Origin: an uncultured Bacteroidota bacterium
Lineage (GTDB): Bacteria > Bacteroidota > Bacteroidia > UKL13-3
Assembly (NCBI GenBank): GCA_903910445.1
Contig: CAIVZR010000097.1
Location: forward strand, 348-64,347
Length of the DNA: 64,000 bases
Reading direction: 5' to 3'
Position 1 is the stretch's first letter. Each line of letters starts with the position of its first letter. Under the pieces are notes generated by a model. That model had not been told where the DNA came from. It searched no databases and saw only the letters and a program-made list of their open reading frames with translations. Shown here piece after piece: positions 37,882 to 48,125 of this stretch. A program made the position numbers and the translations under genes.

Positions 37882-39270
37882 ATGAATTTAGATGTAATTG
37901 TCATTGGCAGCGGTCCAGGCGGATATGTAGCAGCAATCAGAGCTTCACAACTGGGCTTGAAAGTAGGAATTATAGAGAAAGCCGAAATCGGTGGAATATG
38001 CTTAAACTGGGGATGTATTCCTACCAAAGCACTTCTTAAGTCGGCTCAAGTATTTGAATATATCAAGCATGCTTCCGATTATGGAATCAATGTAAAAGAT
38101 TATAGCCAAGATTTTACCGCCGTAGTAAAACGCAGCCGTGAGGTAGCCAACGGAATGAGCAAAGGAGTTCAGTTCCTTATGAAGAAAAACAAAATTGAAG
38201 TGATCAATGGCTTTGGAAAGCTTGCTGGTAGTGGCAAAGTGGAAGTAACTAAAGAAGATGGCACTAAGGAAACGCATACCGCCAAGCATATCATTTTGGC
38301 AACAGGAGCTCGCAGTCGCGAACTTCCGAATATTAAAATCGACAATCAAAAAATTATTGGATATCGTAAAGCCATGGCTTTGGAGTCGTTGCCAAAATCG
38401 ATGGTGATCATGGGAAGTGGGGCTATAGGAATGGAGTTCGCTTATTTCTATAATTCGATGGGAACTAAGGTTACTATTGTGGAATTTTTGCCAAATATTT
38501 TGCCAGTAGAAGATGAGGAAATTTCAAAACAAATGGAGCGCATCTTCAAAAAGAATGGTGTTACCATCATGACCAACTCATCTGTAGAAAGCGTTGATAC
38601 TGCAGGTGAAGGATGTAAGGTAAATATTAAAACTGCTAAAGGCAATGAAGTGATTGAATGTGATGTGGTATTGTCGGCGGTAGGTATTACCACCAATCTG
38701 GAAAATTTGGGATTGGAAGAAAATAAGGTAGCTGTTGATAAAGGAAAGGTATTGGTAGATGAATATTATCGCACCAATGTACCAGGAGTTTATGCCATTG
38801 GTGATATTACTAGTGGTCCAGCGTTGGCTCACGTGGCCAGTGCCGAAGGAATTATTTGCGTAGAAAATATTGCCGGATTAAAACCACATCCATTGAACTA
38901 TGGTAATATTCCGGGATGTACTTATACCAATCCGGAAGTAGCATCGGTAGGACTTACCGAGAAAGCTGCCAAGGAAAAAGGTTACGATATCAAAGTTGGT
39001 AAATTCCCATTCTCTGCTTCCGGAAAGGCTTCTGCTGCTGGAACAAAAGATGGAATGATCAAAGTGATTTTTGATGCGAAATATGGCGAATGGTTGGGAG
39101 CACATTTTATTGGTGCTGGGGTTACTGAGTTAATTGCTGAAGTAGTAGTTGCTCGTAATTTGGAAACAACAGGTCATGAAATTATCAAAAGCGTACATCC
39201 TCACCCAACAATGAGTGAGGCGATTATGGAAGCTGTGGCACAAGCCTATGGCGAATGTATTCATTTATAG
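37882..39270 (+). CDS. lpdA: Dihydrolipoyl dehydrogenase (E3)
   Basis: VIGSGPGGYVAAIRASQLG FAD motif, redox disulfide GGICLNWGCIPTKAL, NAD motif GSGAIGMEF and C-terminal HAHPT.SE. 462 aa. Confidence 0.95.
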   Translation: MNLDVIVIGSGPGGYVAAIRASQLGLKVGIIEKAEIGGICLNWGCIPTKALLKSAQVFEYIKHASDYGINVKDYSQDFTAVVKRSREVANGMSKGVQFLMKKNKIEVINGFGKLAGSGKVEVTKEDGTKETHTAKHIILATGARSRELPNIKIDNQKIIGYRKAMALESLPKSMVIMGSGAIGMEFAYFYNSMGTKVTIVEFLPNILPVEDEEISKQMERIFKKNGVTIMTNSSVESVDTAGEGCKVNIKTAKGNEVIECDVVLSAVGITTNLENLGLEENKVAVDKGKVLVDEYYRTNVPGVYAIGDITSGPALAHVASAEGIICVENIAGLKPHPLNYGNIPGCTYTNPEVASVGLTEKAAKEKGYDIKVGKFPFSASGKASAAGTKDGMIKVIFDAKYGEWLGAHFIGAGVTELIAEVVVARNLETTGHEIIKSVHPHPTMSEAIMEAVAQAYGECIHL

Positions 39271-39428
39271 CACTTCGTTTTTTTTTCAGCTGTTTGTCAA
39301 TGGTGAATTCCCGTTGAAACCTCTTATTGGGGGGCATCCCCCATACAAAGTGAATTTTTTCAAAAGATAACATTTTGCCCTTTCCTTTCGTCGAATGGTG
39401 GCAAACTCCGTTATATTTACCCCTTCAT

Positions 39429-41840
39429 ATGAAACAATTTTTTACACTAATATTCTTTTTTATTTCATTAGGCCTTTTTGCGCAAAAGGAAATTCAACTC
39501 AGCGGAATCATTACCGATGAAACAGATAATACCCCAATTGATTTAGCGGCCGTTATTTTAAAATCGAGTGATAGTGTTTATATCGCTGATGTGTTTACCA
39601 ATTCGGCCGGTAAGTTCTTATTTGCAAAAACACCTGCTGGAAAATTTTATATTGAGATTAGCTATATTGGTTTTGATAAATATTATTCGAATTTGATGGA
39701 GATTAAAACTAATACTGAAATTCCATCCATCAAATTAAAAAAGAATACGACCTTGAAAGAGGTGAATATTACTAAAGTGAAGAATGCATTGGAGTTTAAA
39801 GCAGGGAAAACTGTATATACAGTAGGCCGTGATCAAACCAATACAGGCCTTAACGGATTGGAAGTACTTCGTAAAATTCCAGGTGTGTTTATAGACAATA
39901 ATGATAAAATTACAGTAAGAGGCAAGAGTGGTATTAGAGTTTATGTTGACGATCGTCCATCATCATTATCTGCGGAGAGTCCAGCAGAAGCTATTAAATT
40001 TTTCCCTGCGGGAAGTATAGAAAGCATAGAAGTAATTACCAATCCAGGAGCGAAATATGATGCAGAAGGATCGGGAGCCATTATCAATATTCGATTGAAG
40101 AAAGAAAAGAAAATGGGATTCAATGGCAATGCATCAATAGGCGCTGGCTCGAAATATGAGTTTAGTGGAGTTAATAAGTACAATGGAACATTCAATGCTA
40201 ATATTCGCCGAAATAAAACCAATGTATTTGTAAACGCAGGGGGGCGCCAAGATGAACGCAGATCATACAACGAAAGTAATCGTATGGAAGCCAGTGGTGC
40301 CAAGCTTTCGAGCATCTCCGATGGATCATTTCGAGGAGCCAATATATTTGCAAAAGCTGGGCTTGATTATTTTATCAATGATAGGAATACATTCGGGGTT
40401 TCATACATGATTAATTCGAGTAAGAATCAAAATGCAGCCTTAGGAAAATCAACCAATAATTATAATAATCCATTATTTCTTGGAACCAATTCAAGCACAT
40501 CAACCAATGCTAGTTATTTATCGCATACGGTGAATTTCAATTATATTTTAAAAACGAAGCGTGCTGGTGAAGAGTTTTCACTGGATATTACACAAAGTAT
40601 GCTCGATAGAAATAGTACAGATAGTATTTCCACAGGCTTTGAAAATTTTCCCAATCTTAAATTAAATCAATTTAGTAATACAGGTGGAGGGGTTGTTAAT
40701 AATAGTTCGCAGCTCGATTATAGTCGTGCAATTAAAGGTGATGGCAAATTTGAAGCTGGATTTAAGAACAGCTATATTAGTAATCAGAGTACTTTTAATT
40801 TCTTCAATTTGAAAAGTCAGAATTGGTCGATGGACAGTGCTCGAAGCAATCGTTTTGATTATTATGAGAATGTTGCGGCGGCCTACAGCACGTATAGCAA
40901 TAAGTATAAAAAGTGGGATTATGAATTGGGTTTGAGAGGAGAGTATACCATAGTAAAATCAAATCTCACCGATGTTAATCAAAACTACCTCAACTTATTT
41001 CCAGATTTGCAAGTGAGTAAAAAATTTGAAGAAAGCAGAGAGCTCTCCTTTGCATACAGCCGTCGAATTAATCGCGTCCCATTCATGATGTTAAGCAATG
41101 CGGTGAGTTATTCCGATCGTTATGCAGGCCAACGAGGCAATCCCAATTTGAAGCCTGAAATAAGCAATTCGGTAAGTATTGATTTTCAAAAGCAATTTGA
41201 TAGTGACAAGGAATTTAAAGTAGGGGCTTTAGGGGCTTCCATCTATGGAGCACAGGCTAAAAACTCGGTAGGGTATGTTGTGCAAATTGATACTAATAAA
41301 GTTAGCTATATCACTTATGCAAATATTAAAAGCACGTATGCTTACGGTGCAGAAATGTATATTCAAGCATCTTATGCTAGATGGTATAATGCAACCGTTT
41401 CTGTTTCATCAAATTATAATTATTTAAATGAAACCAGTAAAGGTTTTGTAACAGGTATTTACACACAACATAGTTTCAAATTCTTGAAGCATCATAGCAT
41501 GAATTTGAATGGGTATTATAACTCTAAATTCTATACACCACAAGGATATCTAAAGGGCAACTATATGGTGAATTTTGGTTACCGTTATACCTTCTGGAAA
41601 GAAAAGGGAATACTTAGTTTGAATGTATCTGACTTATTTAAAACCGGAAAATACCTTTATGTTGTTCAGGCACAAGGGTATAACTTGAGTGGTGTATTCC
41701 AAACCGAATCGCGATTTGCCTATCTAACCTTCCAGTATAAATTTAGTAAAGGATGGCAAGGTGATGGGAAGAAACGTACCAAGAAAAACAATAAGGATAC
41801 CCGTCTCGACTATAATAATAATGGGGGAGGATTAAAGTAG
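39429..41840 (+). CDS. Outer-membrane beta-barrel protein with an N-terminal carboxypeptidase-regulatory-like domain (TonB-dependent-receptor-like)
   Basis: Signal peptide (MKQFF..LFAQ), a CarbopepD_reg-like beta-sandwich (LSGIITDETDNTPIDLAAVIL) and a plug-like segment (TVYTVGRDQTNTGLNGLEVLRKIPGV). A ~600-aa beta-rich barrel follows. The start is set at the internal Met. Confidence 0.6.
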   Translation: MKQFFTLIFFFISLGLFAQKEIQLSGIITDETDNTPIDLAAVILKSSDSVYIADVFTNSAGKFLFAKTPAGKFYIEISYIGFDKYYSNLMEIKTNTEIPSIKLKKNTTLKEVNITKVKNALEFKAGKTVYTVGRDQTNTGLNGLEVLRKIPGVFIDNNDKITVRGKSGIRVYVDDRPSSLSAESPAEAIKFFPAGSIESIEVITNPGAKYDAEGSGAIINIRLKKEKKMGFNGNASIGAGSKYEFSGVNKYNGTFNANIRRNKTNVFVNAGGRQDERRSYNESNRMEASGAKLSSISDGSFRGANIFAKAGLDYFINDRNTFGVSYMINSSKNQNAALGKSTNNYNNPLFLGTNSSTSTNASYLSHTVNFNYILKTKRAGEEFSLDITQSMLDRNSTDSISTGFENFPNLKLNQFSNTGGGVVNNSSQLDYSRAIKGDGKFEAGFKNSYISNQSTFNFFNLKSQNWSMDSARSNRFDYYENVAAAYSTYSNKYKKWDYELGLRGEYTIVKSNLTDVNQNYLNLFPDLQVSKKFEESRELSFAYSRRINRVPFMMLSNAVSYSDRYAGQRGNPNLKPEISNSVSIDFQKQFDSDKEFKVGALGASIYGAQAKNSVGYVVQIDTNKVSYITYANIKSTYAYGAEMYIQASYARWYNATVSVSSNYNYLNETSKGFVTGIYTQHSFKFLKHHSMNLNGYYNSKFYTPQGYLKGNYMVNFGYRYTFWKEKGILSLNVSDLFKTGKYLYVVQAQGYNLSGVFQTESRFAYLTFQYKFSKGWQGDGKKRTKKNNKDTRLDYNNNGGGLK

Positions 41841-41899
41841 GATTTTAGTATCAACCTACCTTGTATCTTTTTTAGTTATCTTGCATTATATAATAAATA

Positions 41900-42538
41900 A
41901 TGAAGATACTTCAGGTGATTCTTTGGCTCTTAATGGCTACTGTGCTTCAAGCACAGGTTAGAACTTTCGTTATTAAAAAGACGGAACCACAGGATACGCA
42001 ACATGTCACTTTAGCATTTAGCAAAGATTTCGCAGTAATGCCGCAATTTAATGGGGGTAAGAAGAATTACGATCTTGCCATTCAAAATGCCTATCAAAGG
42101 TTATTAGATAAAGATTCAAAGCCTATTCTTCTAGTTAAAACAAATGATATTGTTGAGACGGATACTAGTTCGTTATACGATACTACCAGCATTAAATATT
42201 ATGAAGGAAGGCCATTAGATAAAGCACGATTTATACTGGTTAAAACTTTCTGCGATACTGGAGGGAATATTCTCATCCTGCCACAAGAGATACCAGATGA
42301 TTATACGATGATGGCCATAGCAATGGTGCGACAACTGCCTAAGTTTATGCCAGCGTATTTTGAAGGGGAGGCAGTTCCTGTTTACTTAACCATTCCCATT
42401 CGGTTTTTAAATAGGATCACTAATGATCCTAAGATTCGCGATAATCCTGGGTTTGCATCACCAGTTAAGCGCCCCTGCTTTTTTATGCGTTGGATACGTA
42501 GGATTTTTCATTTTCGAGTAAATGGCAAAAATTATTAG
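41900..42538 (+). CDS. Hypothetical secreted protein
   Basis: Signal peptide ending ..LQAQ. 212 aa. It weakly resembles a TonB-C-like fold (AVMPQFNGG...; PAYFEGEAVPVYLTIPIRF). Confidence 0.35.
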   Translation: MKILQVILWLLMATVLQAQVRTFVIKKTEPQDTQHVTLAFSKDFAVMPQFNGGKKNYDLAIQNAYQRLLDKDSKPILLVKTNDIVETDTSSLYDTTSIKYYEGRPLDKARFILVKTFCDTGGNILILPQEIPDDYTMMAIAMVRQLPKFMPAYFEGEAVPVYLTIPIRFLNRITNDPKIRDNPGFASPVKRPCFFMRWIRRIFHFRVNGKNY

Positions 42539-42619
42539 TGATAATAAGTCGCCATTCGGTGCTTAGTTAACCACTAACGCTACTCGAATTACCTTTTAAG
42601 TTATACTCAAAACCTACTT

Positions 42620-43819
42620 TTAATTATCCGCTAAAATAGGGAGTGTTACAAAGAAGGAAGTCCCAGCAATGTTATCAAAGTCAAAATGAATAGTCCCCTT
42701 CAATAATTTAATTAAACCAGAAGTAATACTCAATCCAAGCCCACTGCCTTCATATCGGCGGGTAATAGAGTTGTTTTCTTGCATGAAAATTTCCAGCATT
42801 TGTTTTTGGGCTTGCAAGTCAACTCCAATTCCAGTGTCTTTAATAATAAATATTGCCTGATCATCTTTTAAATCAAAACCTATTGTTACGCTACCCTTGG
42901 GTGTGAATTTAATAGCGTTATCTATTATTTTCGATAAAGCTTTAATTAGTAATTCTTTATCCGTTTCTAGCTTTAACCCAATTGGGTTGGCGATATACTG
43001 CAATTTTAGCTTTAGATCTTTATTGTTGCATTGCTCGTAAAAATCATTATTTAAGGTTTGAAGTATAAAGAAGATGTCAACTAGTTCAAAATTAGCAACT
43101 AAATTACCTGAAGTAATTAAGGATATATCCATATAATCATTTACAGTATTTGTCAGTCGTTCGCTATTCTGTTTAAGAACTGTATAATACTCTTCTTTTT
43201 CATTCTGTGTAATTTCCGGGTTAATAATAAATGAGGCAAAGCCAAGAATACCTGCCAAAGGGGTACGAATTTCGTGTGAGATATTGTTTAGAAAGGCGGT
43301 CTTGAGACGATCACTGGCCTGTGCTTTTTCTTTTGAAATAATTAATTCTTTATTGTTCTCTTCAAGCTCTTTAGTTCGCTCTCTTACTTTGGATTCTAAA
43401 TTTAAATTCTGGCCTTCCAATTTCAAATATAAACTTCGAGTAAATATCATATTTTTAATACGTAAACCTACTTCAATTAAATCGAATGGTTTGGAGAGGA
43501 AATCAGTTGCTCCGGCAGCTAAGACACGAATTTTCACATCTCTTGAAATATCAGCAGTAAGCACAAGAATTGGGAAATAGGAACCTTTAGGAATTACTAA
43601 CTTGAGCTGATCCATTACTTCGTAGCCAGAAAGAAAGGGCATCATTAAATCGAGTAATAGGATATCAGGGTTTAATGTATGATACAATTCCAAAACCGTT
43701 CTGGAATCAGTGGTATTATATATATTATTATACCCTTGCATTCGGAGTAAATCCTCGAGTATACTAATATTAGCGACTTTATCATCTACAATTAGAATCG
43801 TTGCATCTAAATAATTCAT
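42620..43819 (-). CDS. Hybrid sensor histidine kinase with an N-terminal receiver domain (REC-HisKA-HATPase)
   Basis: REC (ILIVDDKVANI..DLMMPFLSGYEV), a coiled coil, H-box ISHEIRTPL and ATPase G-boxes (GSGLGLSITSGL). Confidence 0.85.
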   Translation of the reverse strand: MNYLDATILIVDDKVANISILEDLLRMQGYNNIYNTTDSRTVLELYHTLNPDILLLDLMMPFLSGYEVMDQLKLVIPKGSYFPILVLTADISRDVKIRVLAAGATDFLSKPFDLIEVGLRIKNMIFTRSLYLKLEGQNLNLESKVRERTKELEENNKELIISKEKAQASDRLKTAFLNNISHEIRTPLAGILGFASFIINPEITQNEKEEYYTVLKQNSERLTNTVNDYMDISLITSGNLVANFELVDIFFILQTLNNDFYEQCNNKDLKLKLQYIANPIGLKLETDKELLIKALSKIIDNAIKFTPKGSVTIGFDLKDDQAIFIIKDTGIGVDLQAQKQMLEIFMQENNSITRRYEGSGLGLSITSGLIKLLKGTIHFDFDNIAGTSFFVTLPILADN

Positions 43820-43858
43820 TTTTAATGAGAATGTTTTTTTCGAAGTTGAATTGAAATT

Positions 43859-46800
43859 TTATTTACTATTTTTTTTGGTGACATATTTGTCGACTAAATT
43901 GAGAAAATCAAATATGTCAAATGGTTTTGATAAGTAATCTGATGCACCGAGAGCAATCATATTTTCTCTCATTTCTGGCAATGCATTTGCGGAAACAATG
44001 ACTACTGGAATATTCAATGTTTTTTCTTCCTGCTTTAATTTTGCAAGAATTTTACTGCCATGAATTTCTGGCAAGTCAAGGTCAAGTAAAATTAAATCGG
44101 GTTGGTTTTCAATGGCTAATTTTAATGCCGAACCGCCTGTTGAATCAACCATTAATTTAATTCCGTTTAGTTTCGCACTGATAATATCCTCAACCAATTC
44201 GATATTCGATACATTATCTTCAACATATAGGATGCTGCCAAAATTGTCTACTACCGAATTTGTGCTGCTGCTATTAGAATTATTGTCGTTGCCATCAGAT
44301 TGACCATCCTGAATTGCAATTGGCAATTCGAATATAAAAGTGCTACCCTCATTTAAAACACTCTCTACTTCAATTGAGCCACCCATTGCTATCAAAAGTT
44401 TTTGAACCACGGCCAATCCAAGTCCAGTGCCCTCGGTAAGCGTTCTTTCAGCTCCAATACGTTCAAATGGGTTGAAAATTTTTGTGAGATTAGCTGGTGA
44501 AATCCCAATTCCACTATCACGTATTGATATTCTTAAGTTGGTTGACATGTTCTTATTTAGCCTTGTTTCGGTTGAAACTACTATTTCACCTCCTTCATTG
44601 CCATACTTTATCGAATTGTCAAGTAAGTTCAATAAAATCTGTTTTAATCTTAGGTGATCCGTCATTACTAATTCGTAGTTTGATGGCGAATCAAGTAAGT
44701 TGAATTTTATTTCTTTCTCTTTAATTTGGGGATCTAATACTTCAATAATTTCCTGTAGCACTAAATTAAATTTAGTAGGCTCAATAGAAAAAGAAATTCG
44801 ACCAGCTTCAATACTCGAGATATCAAGTACTTCATTAATTAATTGAAGTAAATGTTTCCCCCCGTTATAAATAAAATTGACATTTTTTTCTTGATTCTTA
44901 GTAAGTTCTCCCATTTGCATGAGTTGCGCAAAACCAAGAATTGAATTTAAAGGTGTACGCAGTTCATGACTCATACGGGATAAAAATTCACTTTTAGCAA
45001 TATTGGCCTGTTCGGCATCAAGCCTGGCTTTTATTGCCTCATCTTCAGCTTTCTTTCGGGTGGTAATATCTAGTGCGATTCCGCCAATAAATGATTCTTC
45101 ACCAATATCTTCAAGAACAAATTTTTGAGTTTCATAATGATGTAATTCTCCATCCAAATTAAAAAAGCTCTCCTCAATTCTTACTTTGCCTGCCTGAATT
45201 GTGTTTTTATCATCTTCTATTATTCTTCTAGAGGTCTCCGGGTCGAATATTTCGAATAACGATTTTCCTACCCAACTCTCGGATCCTAGTGCCTTATGCA
45301 TTGCCCTGTTTGAATAGACCATGCGGCTTTCTGTGTTTTTCATGAACACTAATGCCGGCAATTGATCCATGAATAATGAAAACATTGTTTCACTTTTTTT
45401 AAGGGCTTCTTCTGCCATTCTTTGCTCAGTAATATCTCGCAGTGAGGTAACCCGAACCATTTTGCCTTTATGGGGGTACATTTTTCCTCTCAGTGTGCAC
45501 GGAAATGTTGTCCCATCTTTTCTCAATGCTGTAACATCATAAGGTTTCTCATAGCCAGCCAACATGTTTTTCATTACCATATCTCGATCTTCGGGAACTA
45601 TCCAATCGGTACCAGGTCGTCCTATTGCCTCTTCATCCGAATATCCAAATATTTCTCTTGCTGCCTGGTTTTGCTCAATACATATACCTTTATCAGAAAA
45701 GAATATAGAATCAAATGATGCTTCGCTTAAACTTTTATGTTTTTCTCTGCTCTCTCTCAATTCTATTAAGTTCTGTTTAAGTTGCGTAATATCTTCGAAA
45801 ATGTAAAAACGACCAAAGTATTGATCAAATTCACCACGAATTTGAGTAGTATAACGCCGGATAGTCCGGTTGTTAATAAATTCAATCTCATCTCCTAAAA
45901 CAACTCGATTATTCTCATCCTGAAGCGGTCGACACGATTCGGCAAATGCAGGGATGTTTGCTAACATAGGTAAGCAATCGGGAATGATATCGTTGTTTTT
46001 CAATTCTCCTCGAGTCATTTTCTCCTCTAGATGTTCAATATTCCAAATCGAAACAAATTTTTTGTTGAAATATAAAATATCATCAGTTCTATTATCCACA
46101 ACCAAAAAACCGAGTGGTGATGAATTCGACATTAGTTCGAGCAACGATTGATTCCAATTTAAAGCATGTTCAGTCTTTAAATGCTCTTTAAGTTCACTTT
46201 CAAGTAGTTTTTTTGCATCATACAGCTCCTTAGTCCGCTCTTTTACTTTTAATTCAAGTGTTTCATTTAATTGTGCAATAGCAACTTTCGCATTTTTCTT
46301 TTCAGTGATATCTTTGTCTATAGCTAAAATATGAGTTGAATTATTCTTTTCATCAAGTATTGGTGAAATAATGGAGGATACCCAATATAGTTCTCCATTT
46401 TTTCGTTTGTGTTGGAATTCGCCAGTCCATTTATTTCCAGATAGCAAAATTTTAGCGATCTCGCTATAGGTTTCAGTGGTCACCGCCTCCGACTTCAACA
46501 TCTTAGGATTCTTCCCTAGTAATTCTTCTTGACTGTACCCAGTTAACTCAATCAATTTTGGATTAACATATTCAATAACACCTTCCATATTAGTTATGGT
46601 TATCATTACTGGAGATTGTTCTACAGCTTGCTGAATTTTTTTCAGCTCATGAATCGCATTCATCCGAATAGTTATATCGCGATATTTCCATAAATGACCT
46701 GAATACTTATGGTCCAAATAGGTAGGAATATAATCCCGTTCAAGATATCTTCCGTCTGCCAATAATAATTCGTCGTTGAAAACAGATTTTTTTTCTGCAA

Positions 46801-47905
46801 GAATTATATTGAGTTTGGCAACGAAGCCATCAGGGTCTTTAAAAAGGTGTTTGCTTTGTTCAGCATAGTTTGTGCAATCAGCACCTTCCATCGCTTCAGG
46901 TGCTACTGGGATACTGAACATTTCGCAAAATAGCTGGTTGGTTAAAACTATTTTCCGGTCCGAATTTTCCAACAAAACCCCTTCTTTTAAGTTGACGATT
47001 AAGTTTGAAAGAACGTTTGTTTTTTCCTTGTTTTCTGTTTCTAACTTCTTTCGTTCTGTGATATCTCTTTGTACATAAAGTATACTCTCAGGGTTTCCAT
47101 TATTGTCATACAATATAGAGGAGTTTATTTCTGCATAAAAACGACTTTGGTCCTTTTTTACCGAGAGATAAGTCGACGAATCATCTAACTTTTTTTTGGA
47201 TAGTAATTGCTGAATGTTTTTTGTTAATTTTTCGTGCTCTGATTTATCGATAAATTCATATACAGAATGCCCAATAAAGAAATCTTTTTCTTCAGCAGTG
47301 TAGCCAAACATTTTGGCCAAAGTATCCGAAACAAGCTGAATTTTCCCTTCAAGAGAAACCATTCCAATACCATCGGGGGAGGCGGAAATAATACTCTTCC
47401 ATTTCTGAATCGAAGCTTCAGCATTTTTTCTTCCTGTGATATCATAAATCATCGAATTGAGCATAATTGAATTATTATGCTCAATTGGATTCGAAAACAC
47501 CTCTATATCGCGCACTTCGCCACTGGCTAGTTTATGTTTGAAGTGGAAATGATTCCTTTTTCCTGAAACTGCCTTTTGCATTTCTTCATTTACCTCTTCA
47601 GGAGAATTGAGGCAGATTTCTGACATTTTTTTACTGCAAATTTCGGTGTACGTCCACCCATAGAATTTACATGCTGCAGGGTTCGCATGTTTTATTTCAC
47701 CACTTACGGGGTCAATTAATAGAATTGCAATTAGTGTGCTTTCGAAAACGGTATCATAGGCCCCCTCAAATTGAGAAATTTGCTCCCTTGATTTAGATTG
47801 CAAATTATTCGATCCGCTTAACTTTTCTTTCAAAATGTTAAGTTCTAAATTTAAGTTTTCAAGCTCCGATATGAGTTCGGGCTTTGTTTTGTTTTGATAG
47901 TTCAT
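43859..47905 (-). CDS. Multi-PAS sensor hybrid histidine kinase with a C-terminal receiver domain
   Basis: 1348 aa. At least five PAS/PAC-like modules, H-box MSHELRTPLNSILGF, HATPase (GTGLGLAVVQKL) and REC (ILYVEDNVSNIEL...DLDLPEIHGSKI..KPF). Confidence 0.85.
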   Translation of the reverse strand: MNYQNKTKPELISELENLNLELNILKEKLSGSNNLQSKSREQISQFEGAYDTVFESTLIAILLIDPVSGEIKHANPAACKFYGWTYTEICSKKMSEICLNSPEEVNEEMQKAVSGKRNHFHFKHKLASGEVRDIEVFSNPIEHNNSIMLNSMIYDITGRKNAEASIQKWKSIISASPDGIGMVSLEGKIQLVSDTLAKMFGYTAEEKDFFIGHSVYEFIDKSEHEKLTKNIQQLLSKKKLDDSSTYLSVKKDQSRFYAEINSSILYDNNGNPESILYVQRDITERKKLETENKEKTNVLSNLIVNLKEGVLLENSDRKIVLTNQLFCEMFSIPVAPEAMEGADCTNYAEQSKHLFKDPDGFVAKLNIILAEKKSVFNDELLLADGRYLERDYIPTYLDHKYSGHLWKYRDITIRMNAIHELKKIQQAVEQSPVMITITNMEGVIEYVNPKLIELTGYSQEELLGKNPKMLKSEAVTTETYSEIAKILLSGNKWTGEFQHKRKNGELYWVSSIISPILDEKNNSTHILAIDKDITEKKNAKVAIAQLNETLELKVKERTKELYDAKKLLESELKEHLKTEHALNWNQSLLELMSNSSPLGFLVVDNRTDDILYFNKKFVSIWNIEHLEEKMTRGELKNNDIIPDCLPMLANIPAFAESCRPLQDENNRVVLGDEIEFINNRTIRRYTTQIRGEFDQYFGRFYIFEDITQLKQNLIELRESREKHKSLSEASFDSIFFSDKGICIEQNQAAREIFGYSDEEAIGRPGTDWIVPEDRDMVMKNMLAGYEKPYDVTALRKDGTTFPCTLRGKMYPHKGKMVRVTSLRDITEQRMAEEALKKSETMFSLFMDQLPALVFMKNTESRMVYSNRAMHKALGSESWVGKSLFEIFDPETSRRIIEDDKNTIQAGKVRIEESFFNLDGELHHYETQKFVLEDIGEESFIGGIALDITTRKKAEDEAIKARLDAEQANIAKSEFLSRMSHELRTPLNSILGFAQLMQMGELTKNQEKNVNFIYNGGKHLLQLINEVLDISSIEAGRISFSIEPTKFNLVLQEIIEVLDPQIKEKEIKFNLLDSPSNYELVMTDHLRLKQILLNLLDNSIKYGNEGGEIVVSTETRLNKNMSTNLRISIRDSGIGISPANLTKIFNPFERIGAERTLTEGTGLGLAVVQKLLIAMGGSIEVESVLNEGSTFIFELPIAIQDGQSDGNDNNSNSSSTNSVVDNFGSILYVEDNVSNIELVEDIISAKLNGIKLMVDSTGGSALKLAIENQPDLILLDLDLPEIHGSKILAKLKQEEKTLNIPVVIVSANALPEMRENMIALGASDYLSKPFDIFDFLNLVDKYVTKKNSK

Positions 47906-48125
47906 AACTTTTCAAATTGGCTTTTAATGCAAGGCATAAAACTTCGATAGTGTAATTCCAGTAAAGGATATTGCACATGAGTTCCATTATTAATTACATT
48001 TTTACTTTGGAACTAATTATGGTGCTTAGCAATTTTACGAAAGTACATGGAATTTATCTGAAAAGCAATATCTCAAGCCGCTAATAATTTTTTACTGTTT
48101 TCAATTTCATTATATTCGCGCAATT

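Noticed and set aside
37761-38039. 92-aa ORF upstream of lpdA
   Set aside because: It overlaps the lpdA start in another frame. It is more likely the lpdA promoter/leader region.
39375-39428. First 18 codons (MPFPFVEWWQTPLYLPLH) of the OM barrel ORF
   Set aside because: The signal peptide begins at the next Met (MKQFFTLIFFFISLGLFAQ).
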